This document shows positions 1-9,789 of a stretch of 64,000 nt of DNA, piece after piece; position 1 is the first letter of the stretch, and each line of letters opens with the position of its first letter. The stretch covers positions 281,454 to 345,453 of the forward strand of contig DATKIP010000093.1 in NCBI GenBank assembly GCA_035544015.1, written 5' to 3'. The DNA comes from Candidatus Saccharimonadia bacterium. Lineage in GTDB: Bacteria; Patescibacteriota; Saccharimonadia; UBA4664. Position numbers and translations under genes: made by a program. The notes under the pieces were generated by a model. It did no database searches. It was not told the DNA's origin and worked only from the letters and a program-made list of their open reading frames with translations.

Positions 1-56
1 CTCGGGCGGGTTTGCCGGCGGCGGGGGAGGCGGAGGTGGGGGCGGCGGCTGGTAGC

Positions 57-1271
57 CTACGCCCGCCGCGTCAAAATCTCCCGAATCCCCAGTTTGCGAG
101 CGTACTCAAGCGAACCAAAGCGGAAGATTCGAATCGCCAGCGCCATCAGCAGCGCCCCGGTCACGTACAAAATCACGAGGCCAACCGCCGTCTCGCCGGC
201 CGATAAATTGCCCACCGCATTACGCAGCATGAGCGTAATCGGCGCCGTGAGCGGGAAAAAGCTCATCACCTTCACCACCAATTGGTCGGGCGAAGTCACG
301 ATCGCCCCCAACGCGTAAAACGGCACAAATACCAGAATCATCGCCACCGCAAAAAACCCGCCGGCCTCTTTGGCCGTAGGCACGGCCGCCCCAATCGCTA
401 CCAGCAGCCCCGTAAACAGCAAGAATCCACCGAGAAAAATCGCCGCGCCCACCCCAATCGGCCAGGGCGCAAAACTCACCTGCGACAAATCCAGCACCGG
501 AATATTCAGCACCTCGCGAAACCCGAAATACCCCACGAGCACCGGTACCAAAATCGCCACAATTTGAATAATCCCCAGCCCCACCAGCGACAATATTTTG
601 CCCACAATAATCGTCCGGGCCGTCACCGAGGTCAAAATCATCTCAATGACCCGATTTTCTTTCTCCTCCGTGGTACTCGTGAGCATTTGGTTACCCAATA
701 GCACAATCACAGCGTAAAACAGCACCAGGAACAACCCCGGCGCCACCGCCCGACCAAACCCCTTGGTTTCTTGGCCGTCTTTGTAGGTCACCACACTCAC
801 GTCGGGCGGCGTTTGCAGCAAACTCACCGCCTCGCCACCGCCCAGCTTGGCCGTCACCCCAGCCTTCAACAAGGCCGATGCCGCAGCCGAATACTTAGCA
901 TTATTGATAATACCATCGTCCTTGGCGTACACCTCAACCGCATGCTGCGCCGGCCCCACCGGATAATATACAAATGCATCAACCTGCCCCCGCTTCACCA
1001 TCTCGATGCCACTGGCCTTACCGACCACGATTTTAGCTCCCGCCGCCCGTAACACCTCCGGACCCACCAGGCCCGACGCATCTTCGACCGCTATCGAAAA
1101 CTGGCTCTGCTGCACCTTTTGGTCGGCCTCGTTCGACACCTGGCTCGAAAAATACGACAGCGCAATCACCGCCGCCAGCAGCACCGGAATCGACAACGTT
1201 CGCACCCAAAAACTCCGCTTGCTCAACGTACGCGCAAATTCAAACCGAGCCACTGTATGCAATCTACCCAA
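57..1271 (-). CDS. ABC-2 type transporter permease (NatB/YhaP-like)
   Basis: Multi-TM protein with the EEKENRVIEMILTSV motif. Probable TTG start at 1271 after GGAGGTG (track start 1292). Overlaps the ATPase stop. Confidence 0.9.
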   Translation of the reverse strand: MGRLHTVARFEFARTLSKRSFWVRTLSIPVLLAAVIALSYFSSQVSNEADQKVQQSQFSIAVEDASGLVGPEVLRAAGAKIVVGKASGIEMVKRGQVDAFVYYPVGPAQHAVEVYAKDDGIINNAKYSAAASALLKAGVTAKLGGGEAVSLLQTPPDVSVVTYKDGQETKGFGRAVAPGLFLVLFYAVIVLLGNQMLTSTTEEKENRVIEMILTSVTARTIIVGKILSLVGLGIIQIVAILVPVLVGYFGFREVLNIPVLDLSQVSFAPWPIGVGAAIFLGGFLLFTGLLVAIGAAVPTAKEAGGFFAVAMILVFVPFYALGAIVTSPDQLVVKVMSFFPLTAPITLMLRNAVGNLSAGETAVGLVILYVTGALLMALAIRIFRFGSLEYARKLGIREILTRRA

Positions 1272-2187
1272 CCGGCACCTCCGTTGGCTCACTATAAATG
1301 TTCACAAAAATATCATCGAGCGACGATCGCCGCAGCTCAAACTTCGTAATCACCAGATCATGATGTCCCACCAGCTCCTCCAACACCTGCTGGGGCGTAC
1401 ACCCGTCCGCGGCCACCAGCTCAGCCGAACGCTTGCCCGCTAGCTTTGCCTCGTATCGCCGCCCCTTCAGCGGCAATTGACCGTTAAATTCCAAATCAAT
1501 CACCTCCTCACCGTACTCGCGGCGAATCTCGTCCACCGTCCCGTAGAGCCGACGCCGGCCGTCCTTGAGCAAAATCACCCGGTCGCACAACCGCTCCACT
1601 TCTTCCATCTGGTGCGTCACCAGAATCACCGTAGCACCGCGCCGACTGTGCTCCTCCACAATCTCCATCAGCAAACGCCGGTTCACCGGATCAAATCCCT
1701 TCGTGGGCTCATCCAGAATCATGAGTTCCGGGTCGTTCATAATCGTCACCCCCAGTTGGATTTTTTGCTGCTGCCCACCCGACAGCTTCTCGATCGCCAC
1801 GTGAGCTTTGTCGGCCAAGCCCACCCGCTCCAGGTACGTTAGCGACCACGCCCGCGCCGCCGGCCGGCTCATCCAGCGCAATTCACCAAAGTACAGCATG
1901 GTATCGAGCACCGATTCTTTCTTGTACAACCCACGCTCTTCGGGCAAATAGCCCAAAAACGCGCTCATGCTCGGATCATAATGCCGGCCTTTCACAAGCA
2001 ACTCGCCGGCCGTCGGCTCGAAAATCCCCAGCAGCGTCCGAATGGTTGTGGTCTTGCCCGAGCCATTCGAGCCCAAAAAAGCAAACGTTTCGCCGGCATT
2101 CACCTCAAACGACAGGTCATCAATCACAACGTTATCGCCAAACTGCATGCGAAAATTAGCAATTGAAACAATGGGGGAGGCGCTCAT
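1264..2187 (-). CDS. ABC transporter ATP-binding protein
   Basis: Walker A GSNGSGKTT, signature LSGGQQQ, Walker B ILDEP, H-loop. Confidence 0.95.
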   Translation of the reverse strand: MSASPIVSIANFRMQFGDNVVIDDLSFEVNAGETFAFLGSNGSGKTTTIRTLLGIFEPTAGELLVKGRHYDPSMSAFLGYLPEERGLYKKESVLDTMLYFGELRWMSRPAARAWSLTYLERVGLADKAHVAIEKLSGGQQQKIQLGVTIMNDPELMILDEPTKGFDPVNRRLLMEIVEEHSRRGATVILVTHQMEEVERLCDRVILLKDGRRRLYGTVDEIRREYGEEVIDLEFNGQLPLKGRRYEAKLAGKRSAELVAADGCTPQQVLEELVGHHDLVITKFELRRSSLDDIFVNIYSEPTEVPVG

Positions 2188-2231
2188 AAATGTTAGTATA
2201 CCGCGGGAACAATCAGATATATACTAGGCGC

Positions 2232-3071
2232 ATGAGCAGCCTGCGCTTCCGCAAAATTTCTGTTCCCGGAGCCTCGGCGGCCTACGCCCCCACCACAATC
2301 GACCTCAAATTCTCCACCACCACGGCCGTCGAAAACCATCGCCTCCATCTCCTCGCCCACATCCCCTGGCACGACAAGTATCTCGCTCACGTACCCCAGG
2401 CCTACCGCAATTTTTTCAAATTTGTCCTGCCCTATCTCAGTACCCGCACAAGCGACGTCCATACCGCCATTTCGCTGGGCTTCGTAAACGAACTCATCAC
2501 CAACATCGACCCCGGCACCAACCCCTACCTGGCCCATCTCGCCGTCACATTACACGATTGCGGCTGGTGTCGCGTGGATGACGCCCAGATCGCCGACAGC
2601 CTCGATTACTCCGGGGTAATCTTCACCCCCGCCGCCGCCATGGCCAAACACCTCCACACCGTTCACGGCAGCCAACTCGCAGCCGAACTCCTGCGCCACT
2701 ACGACTTTGCCCAACCATTAAGCTCAAGCGAAATAGACCTCATCAGCAACATCGCGCTCTGGCATGAACGTCCGCTCGAATATCAAATCAACGGCCGCAC
2801 CCCCAGTGCGCTCCTCGTAGCCTGTGAAGCCGACCGATTATGGCCATTTACCCACGAAAACTTTTGGCTCGATGTCGTCCGCAAAGGGGTAGAGCCAGGT
2901 GCCTACATCCAAAACGTCGGCACCTCGGTCGAAGGCCTGTTCCTCACCCCGGTCGGCCAAACCATCGCCTGGCGGCTCATCAACGAGCGCATCACCGAAG
3001 TCGCCGAATACGAAACATTTATGGCGCGACAAACGCCAACGGCGCCGATCTTGCGCACCGCTACCGCCTAG
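2232..3071 (+). CDS. HD-domain phosphohydrolase family protein
   Basis: H...LHDCGW...H...HE...EAD pattern. TATACT at 2220-2225 lies 6 nt before the ATG. Confidence 0.75.
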   Translation: MSSLRFRKISVPGASAAYAPTTIDLKFSTTTAVENHRLHLLAHIPWHDKYLAHVPQAYRNFFKFVLPYLSTRTSDVHTAISLGFVNELITNIDPGTNPYLAHLAVTLHDCGWCRVDDAQIADSLDYSGVIFTPAAAMAKHLHTVHGSQLAAELLRHYDFAQPLSSSEIDLISNIALWHERPLEYQINGRTPSALLVACEADRLWPFTHENFWLDVVRKGVEPGAYIQNVGTSVEGLFLTPVGQTIAWRLINERITEVAEYETFMARQTPTAPILRTATA

Positions 3072-3076
3072 CCGCC

Positions 3077-3961
3077 ATGAGTCAAACCCCACCGCAATTT
3101 GTCCGCCAATCCACCGCGCCACTCTACCCGCAGGTGCTTTACAGCCGCCCCGTCACGCGTCGGGCCGGCGGCCGGCTGCTCGTGGTAGGCGGCCACGTCG
3201 GCGAATTCAGCCTCCCCACCGCCATGCACCAGTTTGCCACCGCCGCCGGCATCGGCGAGTGCACCGTCATCATGCCCGAGACGCTGGCGAAATTCTTGGG
3301 CGGCGCGCCTGGCACAGCCTTCGCCGCCGCCACACCATCCGGATCGCTCGGCGGTGAAGCCCTGGGCCGCATCCTCGAGCTCAGCGAAGAGGCCGATGCC
3401 GTGGCTATCGGCCCCAGCCTCTCAAATAATTCCGCCACCGCCATCCTCGCCGAACGCCTCGCCGCCGAGATCCAGCGCCCGCTCATCGCCTGCGACGACG
3501 GCCTAGTGGCGCTCCGGCAAACGCTCCCGGCCGTCACCGACAATCCCGAAGCACTGATCATTCTCACCATGGCCGAGCTCTTCAAGCTAGCCGGCGCGCT
3601 CGGCGTCGCCATCAACATCCGCCCCGGCGCCGGCCTCATAAACAAACTCGAAATCATCCAAAACGTCGCCGCTGCCAGCCGCGCAGCCTATGCCGTCTAC
3701 GGCACCGAAATCATCATTGCCGCCGGCGCCGAGCTCATCGTCACGCCCATCAACTACCGACTCTCGCTCACCCCGGCGCTCTTCTATGGCGCCCTCAGCA
3801 CTTTTTGGATCCAAAACCACGCCCAACCCGCCGCCGGACTCGCCACCGCCGCCTACCTCATCGCCCGCGCCGGCGACGACCTCGGACCTACCGACACCCC
3901 CACGGCTTCCGGACTAGCCATCGCGCTCACAAACGCCATCAAACAAGCCGAGAATTTCTAA
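3077..3961 (+). CDS. YjeF-C/NnrD-like (ADP-dependent NAD(P)HX dehydratase/carbohydrate kinase fold), divergent
   Basis: GRLLVVGG, AAGIGECTV and ADAVAIGPSL motifs. ATG 3077 follows the upstream stop. Confidence 0.7.
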   Translation: MSQTPPQFVRQSTAPLYPQVLYSRPVTRRAGGRLLVVGGHVGEFSLPTAMHQFATAAGIGECTVIMPETLAKFLGGAPGTAFAAATPSGSLGGEALGRILELSEEADAVAIGPSLSNNSATAILAERLAAEIQRPLIACDDGLVALRQTLPAVTDNPEALIILTMAELFKLAGALGVAINIRPGAGLINKLEIIQNVAAASRAAYAVYGTEIIIAAGAELIVTPINYRLSLTPALFYGALSTFWIQNHAQPAAGLATAAYLIARAGDDLGPTDTPTASGLAIALTNAIKQAENF

Positions 3962-4707
3962 GCCGTACCCGGTCGCTTATCCCAAGGTATAGCCTTCAGC
4001 ATCTCGCCATACAAATCCTCATCGAGCGGAATCCGCAAACTCTGAAGCTCCTCGGCCGTCGGATTACGATCCTGAAATTCCACCATATCCGCCCCCTCGA
4101 TCACCACGATCGGCGTTCGCTGCGCTCCTTCGCCCATCATCAGCACCGCCGCCGCCGCCAAACCGTCCACCATACTCGCATACGTATACTTCAGATCATA
4201 CGTCCCAAACACATCCGGCGTTCCCACATAATTATGCAACGGCGCAAACCCGCTGTGCGCCAGCCCCAAGCCCACCGTACCGCGGCGCATCGGCGTAATC
4301 CGGCTATCCGTCATCAACACCCCCACTTCGCGCCCGAATCGCCGGCGCAGATGCTCCCGGATCCGATTGGCACTGGCCTGCGGGTCGTCCGGCCACAAGA
4401 TATAATTCCCATCACCATTCGATTCATCAATCCCCGCCGAGGCTATCAAAATATCGCGATTCACCGTCACCATCACGCCGTAGGGATTATATTCCGGCGG
4501 CAGGTAATACTCCGATTCGCGCCGTACCAAGGCTTCTTTCGCCTCCGCGCCAAACTTCACCACCCGGCCCTCGCACAGCGACACCACCTTCGCCGTCACC
4601 GCCAAAATCGACCGCTCCGGCATGTCTGTCACATACCGGTCCACCAGCTCCAGGAGGTCAAGCTCCCCAGCCCGCACCGCGTCGGTTTGAATCGTCGTTA
4701 ACTTCAC
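3958..4707 (-). CDS. CofE-like gamma-glutamyl ligase (F420-0:L-glutamate ligase family, Chlamydia CT611-like)
   Basis: TAKVVSLCEGR, SAGIDESN, TDSR..PMRRG, DGLAAAA..MGEG motifs. Confidence 0.85.
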   Translation of the reverse strand: MKLTTIQTDAVRAGELDLLELVDRYVTDMPERSILAVTAKVVSLCEGRVVKFGAEAKEALVRRESEYYLPPEYNPYGVMVTVNRDILIASAGIDESNGDGNYILWPDDPQASANRIREHLRRRFGREVGVLMTDSRITPMRRGTVGLGLAHSGFAPLHNYVGTPDVFGTYDLKYTYASMVDGLAAAAVLMMGEGAQRTPIVVIEGADMVEFQDRNPTAEELQSLRIPLDEDLYGEMLKAIPWDKRPGTA

Positions 4708-5378
4708 GCCCGGCCTTTCACAAATCGATAATGCAAGTATACCTCGTCACCCTCAGCGCGATGATCCAGCAATTCGAGCTCGGGCACCTCATCGGGCGCA
4801 AATAACACCCCGTTAATCATAGTGGGCGTACCAAACGACGTCCCAAACAGCTTCGGCGCCACCGTCACGTACAGATCGTCCACGAGCCCCGCCGCCACCC
4901 ACGCGCCAAACAGCCGCGGTCCCGCCTCAAGCGCCCCAGCCCGCCAGCCCTCGGCCGCCATGCGATCGTGCAAAGCCGGCAAATCCACCTGCCCCGACCC
5001 CTGCCGCCACACCTCTACGCCCGCCGGCACCGAAGGCAGCTGCGCCTCCTCGGTCGTCGCCACGATCACCCGCAACACCGCGCCCTTGGGATCCACCTGC
5101 GCCAAGAGCGCCTCATCTGGATGCGCGCTCACCACCACATACACATACGGCCCCGCATGCTCATACCGCGCCAAAGCCGCCCCAAACTCCGGCGACCGCA
5201 AGCGGCCAAGGTGATCGTGGCTCATGGCCGTCAGCCGGCCGTGCACGAGCACATCGCACTGCGCCCGCAGGTCGAGCAGCTGAGCCAAATCCGCCGCCGA
5301 GCCGATCGGCCAATAGTCCGCACCCGGCCCCTGCACCTTGCCGTCAACGGTCATCACAAAATTGGCCGCGAGCTTCAC
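4704..5378 (-). CDS. RibD C-terminal / dihydrofolate reductase-like protein
   Basis: NFVMTVDGK, EAGPRL, GLVDDLYVTVAPKLFG. GTG start 5378 overlaps the upstream TGA (GTGA). Confidence 0.85.
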   Translation of the reverse strand: MKLAANFVMTVDGKVQGPGADYWPIGSAADLAQLLDLRAQCDVLVHGRLTAMSHDHLGRLRSPEFGAALARYEHAGPYVYVVVSAHPDEALLAQVDPKGAVLRVIVATTEEAQLPSVPAGVEVWRQGSGQVDLPALHDRMAAEGWRAGALEAGPRLFGAWVAAGLVDDLYVTVAPKLFGTSFGTPTMINGVLFAPDEVPELELLDHRAEGDEVYLHYRFVKGRA

Positions 5379-6034
5379 GCAGTCTTGCTCTTGTCGCCGC
5401 GCAACCATGCCACACCGGCATACACCAGCGGCGTCTCAATCACCGACATCAAACATTTCAGCAGCCAGTAGGGGATACCAACTCCCAGCAAGAAGCTCAA
5501 ATTATCGCCCAGTCCCAAAGCCGGCACATAGAACGCCAAGGTCATAAAAATCGCGGTGTCAAAGAATTGCGACACTACATTGGAGATGTTATTGCGGAAC
5601 CACAAAGCTTTTTTGTGCATGCGCTCGCGCAATTTCGAGAACACCATCACATCAAGCAAACTCGCCAAGCCAAAGGCCACCAAACTCGCCGCCGCCATCC
5701 GAATCGACGTGCCAAATACCTTATCGTAGCTGGGCTCCATAGCCGCGAAACGCGTAGACGGGGGCAAATTTGTCACCGCCAGCGCATACACCATCAGGAG
5801 CGCAATCACGATCACTCCACACATTACCAAGCTGCGCGCCCGATCCCGGCCATACACCTCCACCATCACATCCACGGCCGAAAACATCAGCGGCACTACC
5901 AAAATAGCTACGCTGGCATTGAGGTGAAATCCGAAAATCGTCCCCAGCGGAACTATCTTAGCCCCCATCAGCTCGGAAACCACAATACACAGAATATACA
6001 GCGACACTACCAGATCAAGGCGATTAATCTTCAC
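5375..6034 (-). CDS. yhhQ: VUT/YhhQ family (queuosine precursor) transporter
   Basis: About 6 TM segments. DVMVEVYG, RMAAASL..F and SQFFDT..F motifs. Confidence 0.85.
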   Translation of the reverse strand: MKINRLDLVVSLYILCIVVSELMGAKIVPLGTIFGFHLNASVAILVVPLMFSAVDVMVEVYGRDRARSLVMCGVIVIALLMVYALAVTNLPPSTRFAAMEPSYDKVFGTSIRMAAASLVAFGLASLLDVMVFSKLRERMHKKALWFRNNISNVVSQFFDTAIFMTLAFYVPALGLGDNLSFLLGVGIPYWLLKCLMSVIETPLVYAGVAWLRGDKSKTA

Positions 6035-6139
6035 GCGGTACTCCCGTTTACGGCTTAATTATCCGCCCAAAGCATACCCGCCCGCAGCCGTTTTAGCCAG
6101 CTTAAGACCCAAATCGCCAACCCAACCCTCGTTCTTACC

Positions 6140-6169
6140 TTGACAAAATACCCAATTAGCGGTAAAAAT
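6140..6169 (+). promoter_or_regulatory. Sigma70-type promoter for the orphan gene at 6205
   Basis: TTGACA, 17 nt, TAAAAA(T). Confidence 0.55.
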
Positions 6170-6204
6170 ACTCCACGCGTTCCCACTACTGATCGGAGAC
6201 GAAC

Positions 6205-7137
6205 GTGAGTACCGTTTTGTCATCGCGCCTGCCGGGCGCGCAACGCCGGGCCGCCGCCAACTGCTTGGCGATGGACATCGCCCACGCAGCCGCCTTGCTG
6301 GAGCAGCTGGAAGCCGACGACGTCGGCGCCCACTACCAGCTCAGCGAAGTCGTGCCGGGATACTTGCGCGTGACCTGGGCTACGCTCCTGCAGGACCACG
6401 GCTACAACAAGGAATACCGCGCCGCCGTCGCGGCCTACCAGCACCGACGCAACTACGAGAAGACGGTCCCTGAGCTCACGGCCGTCATGTCCACCTGGGC
6501 CGATCCGAACGGCAGCCTGGCCGCGCGGTTCGAGGCCGGCATCGCGGCGCGCCGCATCTGGGAGGACGTCTACACCAAGACCCGGCTGCCCAACGAGTAC
6601 CTCGGTCGCCTCACCACCAAGTGCGGCTCCCGGCCCCCGTCGAAGCAGCTCCAGACAGTCCTCGACGCCTACGTGCAGCAGCTGACGACCGCCGCCCAGA
6701 CCACCGGCACCGCCGCCGACAACCTGGCGGCGGCGGCCTTCGCGAAGCTTCGCCAGCTCCGGGACCGCGTCGACACGCGCTACCCCGGATTGCAGCCGCC
6801 GAACCACTGCTTCCACCTCGGCCTCACCTGGCCGACAATCCCCGACTGGAAGGAGCTCGTCAGCCGCTTCGTCAACGCACCGACGACCTGGGACCTCAAC
6901 CTGCCACCCGAGGTGGTTCCCGCCGAGTTCGTCTACGACGCCGCCCAAGTGCTCCACTCCGGCTCCGGAGCCACCCGAACCGATGCCCAGGGCCTCCAGG
7001 CCTACCTCAACGCCAGCCCCGGGCTGCGGGCGCTCACTCCCGACCTGCTGCAAACCGCCGTCGCGTGGTTCGCCGCCAACGGCGAGCGGCTCCCGATCGA
7101 CCGCTGGCTGACGGCCAGCACTGAGTCCACCCCCTAA
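6205..7137 (+). CDS. Hypothetical protein (orphan)
   Basis: 310-aa ORF with GGAG SD, own promoter and terminator. No recognisable motif. Confidence 0.65.
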   Translation: MSTVLSSRLPGAQRRAAANCLAMDIAHAAALLEQLEADDVGAHYQLSEVVPGYLRVTWATLLQDHGYNKEYRAAVAAYQHRRNYEKTVPELTAVMSTWADPNGSLAARFEAGIAARRIWEDVYTKTRLPNEYLGRLTTKCGSRPPSKQLQTVLDAYVQQLTTAAQTTGTAADNLAAAAFAKLRQLRDRVDTRYPGLQPPNHCFHLGLTWPTIPDWKELVSRFVNAPTTWDLNLPPEVVPAEFVYDAAQVLHSGSGATRTDAQGLQAYLNASPGLRALTPDLLQTAVAWFAANGERLPIDRWLTASTESTP

Positions 7138-7193
7138 CCGCCGGCCACCGCGCCGGCCCAACCCGCACCATCTGCACGGCCAACAGCCGAGCA

Positions 7194-7226
7194 GAGGCCC
7201 CCGACGGATCATTCGTCGGGGGCCTC
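7194..7226. terminator. GC-rich hairpin between convergent genes
   Basis: Perfect 13-bp stem GAGGCCCCCGACG/CGTCGGGGGCCTC. Confidence 0.75.
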
Positions 7227-7231
7227 GCTAT

Positions 7232-8473
7232 TTAATCGCCTGTCGTGCAGCTGCCCACGCCCACCGCCTCCGTCCTACCGCTTGCCATAGCCAAAAACGG
7301 CTCCACCACTTTGGTGGTCAACGCGTAGCCCACATCGTTCGAATACAGCGATCGCGCCAGCACCATACCTGCTACCGAACCGTCCGGCAGCACCACCGGC
7401 CCGCCCGAATTACCCGGCCGTATCGCCGCCTCGAGCGAGTACATCGGCCGCTCCACCCGACCCCGACCATAAATGTCGTACCCCGTAATCACCCCCCTAT
7501 CCAAAATACCCGCCGACTCCCCCGTAAACGGCCCGCCGTCTGGATACCCAAGCACCACCGCCTTGGCCCCTGCCGCCGACTCATCCGGCGCCAGCCGCAA
7601 CGGTTTACCCGCCACATGTTCCACCCGCAACAGCGCAATATCATTACCCGGATCAAACGCCACCACCGTCGCCGCATGAATCCCCGTGCGATCCACCGCA
7701 AACGGCCGCTTGATGCCCGCCACCACGTGCGCCGCCGTCAATACTTCATCCGGACCCGCCACAAAACCGCCGCCGCTCACCAAACCGCCGCAGCCCAGTC
7801 CCTCCACGCGCACCGTCGAGTCACCATCGAGCGCCACCACTTTGTCTACCAATGCCTGCTCAGCCGTATCCACCGATTTCGCCGGCGCCGGCTCCAAGCC
7901 CACAAACACCTGCGGGATGCCGTTCGGATCAATGAACGATTGCAGCCGCGTCACCCCCAACGGAGGCGGCGGCGCCACCCGCGTCAAAAACCGCAGCATC
8001 AGCGAATGCTGCAACCCCGTCGCAAACCATCCAAACGATGTCGTGAGCACCATGCCCGAAACCAACCACACCAAAATCAAGCTCGTGGCCCCGCTCAGCA
8101 CCGCCCCCATGATCGCACCTCCCCGGTGCAAGCCAGCCAGCCGTGGCGTTGCCCGCCGAAGGTCCAGCCCCAGGCGATCGCCCGCAAAACCCATAAACAA
8201 CCCCACACCCAGCACCACCCCAAACGCAATCGCCATGCGGCCCAGTCGATTAGCCGTCATAGTAACCGCAATCGGCACCAGCTGCATACCCAGAAACACC
8301 CCCAGGAAAAAGCCAATATCGGCCAACACCTGCCGCGTGAAACCCAGCCGGCGACCGTGAATCACATTCACGAGCACCAGCGCCACCACTAAAAGATCGA
8401 TGCCAAAGGCAACGATAATGCCGGATATACTCAAAAACGGCGCGAAAGCAACAAAATAAGTGCCAATCGACAT
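7232..8473 (-). CDS. MarP-family serine protease (CvpA-like TM domain + trypsin-like domain)
   Basis: 4 TM N-terminus. Catalytic triad TAAHVV, DIALL, GNSGGP. Confidence 0.9.
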   Translation of the reverse strand: MSIGTYFVAFAPFLSISGIIVAFGIDLLVVALVLVNVIHGRRLGFTRQVLADIGFFLGVFLGMQLVPIAVTMTANRLGRMAIAFGVVLGVGLFMGFAGDRLGLDLRRATPRLAGLHRGGAIMGAVLSGATSLILVWLVSGMVLTTSFGWFATGLQHSLMLRFLTRVAPPPPLGVTRLQSFIDPNGIPQVFVGLEPAPAKSVDTAEQALVDKVVALDGDSTVRVEGLGCGGLVSGGGFVAGPDEVLTAAHVVAGIKRPFAVDRTGIHAATVVAFDPGNDIALLRVEHVAGKPLRLAPDESAAGAKAVVLGYPDGGPFTGESAGILDRGVITGYDIYGRGRVERPMYSLEAAIRPGNSGGPVVLPDGSVAGMVLARSLYSNDVGYALTTKVVEPFLAMASGRTEAVGVGSCTTGD

Positions 8474-8633
8474 TACTTATCATCATAGTAGTTATGCTTA
8501 TACTTTGCCATTCGTCAATATTCCAAAGTCTCCGCTCAATCAAGCCCAACTCTTCAGACAATCAACCCAATATCCGCCGCCATGACCAGCCTAATATAAT
8601 CAGGTCCGCTCCACGCGACCACGGGGGACGATC

Positions 8634-9053
8634 ATGCAGCTCATGCTCACCGCACCGGCCAACCCCGCCTGGAGGCACCGCAAAAGCTTCCGAGCCTGGT
8701 ACGCCCAGCTAGGGGCCCGGGAATCCAGCCCCCGCACAGAAACCGACCCCATCACCGCCCAAAAGATCGTTACGCTGGTAGATCTCACTTCTCCGCAGGC
8801 CCAGATACTGGACGAGCTCCTCGGCAATCATCCCGCCTGTCCAACGCCTCCCCACGCAGACGGGACCGAGCTCACCTCCAGCCGTCATCGCATTATCGTA
8901 GAGTGGTATTCCACCATCTGTCCCAGAAACCAGGCGGGACTCTTCGACCAGACCCTCCATCCGGACGCCCTCACCCCCCAAGGACTCGCATCTGCTCTCT
9001 GCCCCTGTATTGGATGGCGCATAGCCATCTCCAAAACCAGCGAACCGGCGTAA
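8634..9053 (+). CDS. Hypothetical protein (orphan)
   Basis: TATAAT at 8595-8600, GGGGGA SD-like sequence, downstream hairpin. Confidence 0.5.
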   Translation: MQLMLTAPANPAWRHRKSFRAWYAQLGARESSPRTETDPITAQKIVTLVDLTSPQAQILDELLGNHPACPTPPHADGTELTSSRHRIIVEWYSTICPRNQAGLFDQTLHPDALTPQGLASALCPCIGWRIAISKTSEPA

Positions 9054-9066
9054 CCCCCACCTACCC

Positions 9067-9095
9067 TGCTACCGGGGACCCCATCCCCGGTAGCA
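9067..9095 (+). terminator. GC-rich hairpin
   Basis: Perfect 12-bp stem TGCTACCGGGGA/TCCCCGGTAGCA. Confidence 0.65.
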
Positions 9096-9118
9096 TTCCC
9101 AATTCACACCCACTTTCA

Positions 9119-9146
9119 TTGACCAAAAGGGGGAAAGTTGTATAAT
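9119..9146 (+). promoter_or_regulatory. Sigma70-type promoter
   Basis: TTGACC, 16 nt, TATAAT. Confidence 0.65.
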
Positions 9147-9195
9147 AAGTAAGCTCCTGCATCCCGACCCCGTCCCGATCCTCCTGGAGGAACCG

Positions 9196-9723
9196 ATGAT
9201 ACCCCGCTCCGAAATGTTCCACAGCGGAGGCTACGCCTCCCTGCCGGCGGCTAATCCCGACGGACGACCATCGATCGTACCGGGGGCGATTTGGCCCGTC
9301 GTATGTCTGACCGAGGGCTGCGTCGCGCCTCTCACCATCGAGGGATTACGTCGGCCGCGAATGTACGGCGTCGTGTGGGCCGGACCGCCCCTCGCAGTGC
9401 AGCAGTTCTCAAGTGCGTGTGGCGCGAGCTACCTCTACAGTAGCGTCCAACGCCAAGGCCAAGTGGGCATCGGCGTGATGATATTCGCCGGAAGCATCGC
9501 CGTGGTCGAAAGCACCAAGGGAGTCGTCGGGACAGTGCATTTCACCCTCGGCGACACCGGCGAAGTCCGGCTAGCCCCAGGCCTCGTCCCGGCCATCGTG
9601 CAGTTCCCCTTGCACCCCAAGGAGCCGCCCTACGTGCTGGCGGCACAGATGTCCGAGTACGCGTATACCGTGCTCGTCCCCCACTACCTCCAGCTATCCC
9701 GCCCGGTCCCTGCCAGCGCATGA
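9196..9723 (+). CDS. Hypothetical protein (orphan)
   Basis: 175-aa ORF with GGAGG SD behind a consensus promoter. Confidence 0.6.
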   Translation: MIPRSEMFHSGGYASLPAANPDGRPSIVPGAIWPVVCLTEGCVAPLTIEGLRRPRMYGVVWAGPPLAVQQFSSACGASYLYSSVQRQGQVGIGVMIFAGSIAVVESTKGVVGTVHFTLGDTGEVRLAPGLVPAIVQFPLHPKEPPYVLAAQMSEYAYTVLVPHYLQLSRPVPASA

Positions 9724-9789
9724 GCCCACCGTTCCTGCTGCGAAGGGCTAGTCCAGTCGAGAGGAGCCACAATCGTCGGCCGAGCCAGC

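Noticed and set aside
1-56. G-rich stretch at the window start (G-quadruplex or gene end)
   Set aside because: It is truncated by the window edge and cannot be interpreted.
6035-6135. preQ1 riboswitch upstream of yhhQ
   Set aside because: No GUUC-loop hairpin or A-rich AAAAAACUA tail. Only a -10-like TATGCT and a GGGAG SD are present.
9721-9723. TGA recoded as Gly (genetic code 25)
   Set aside because: TGA clearly terminates carA, the CofE-operon genes and the GTs in ATGA/GTGA overlaps, so code 11 fits.
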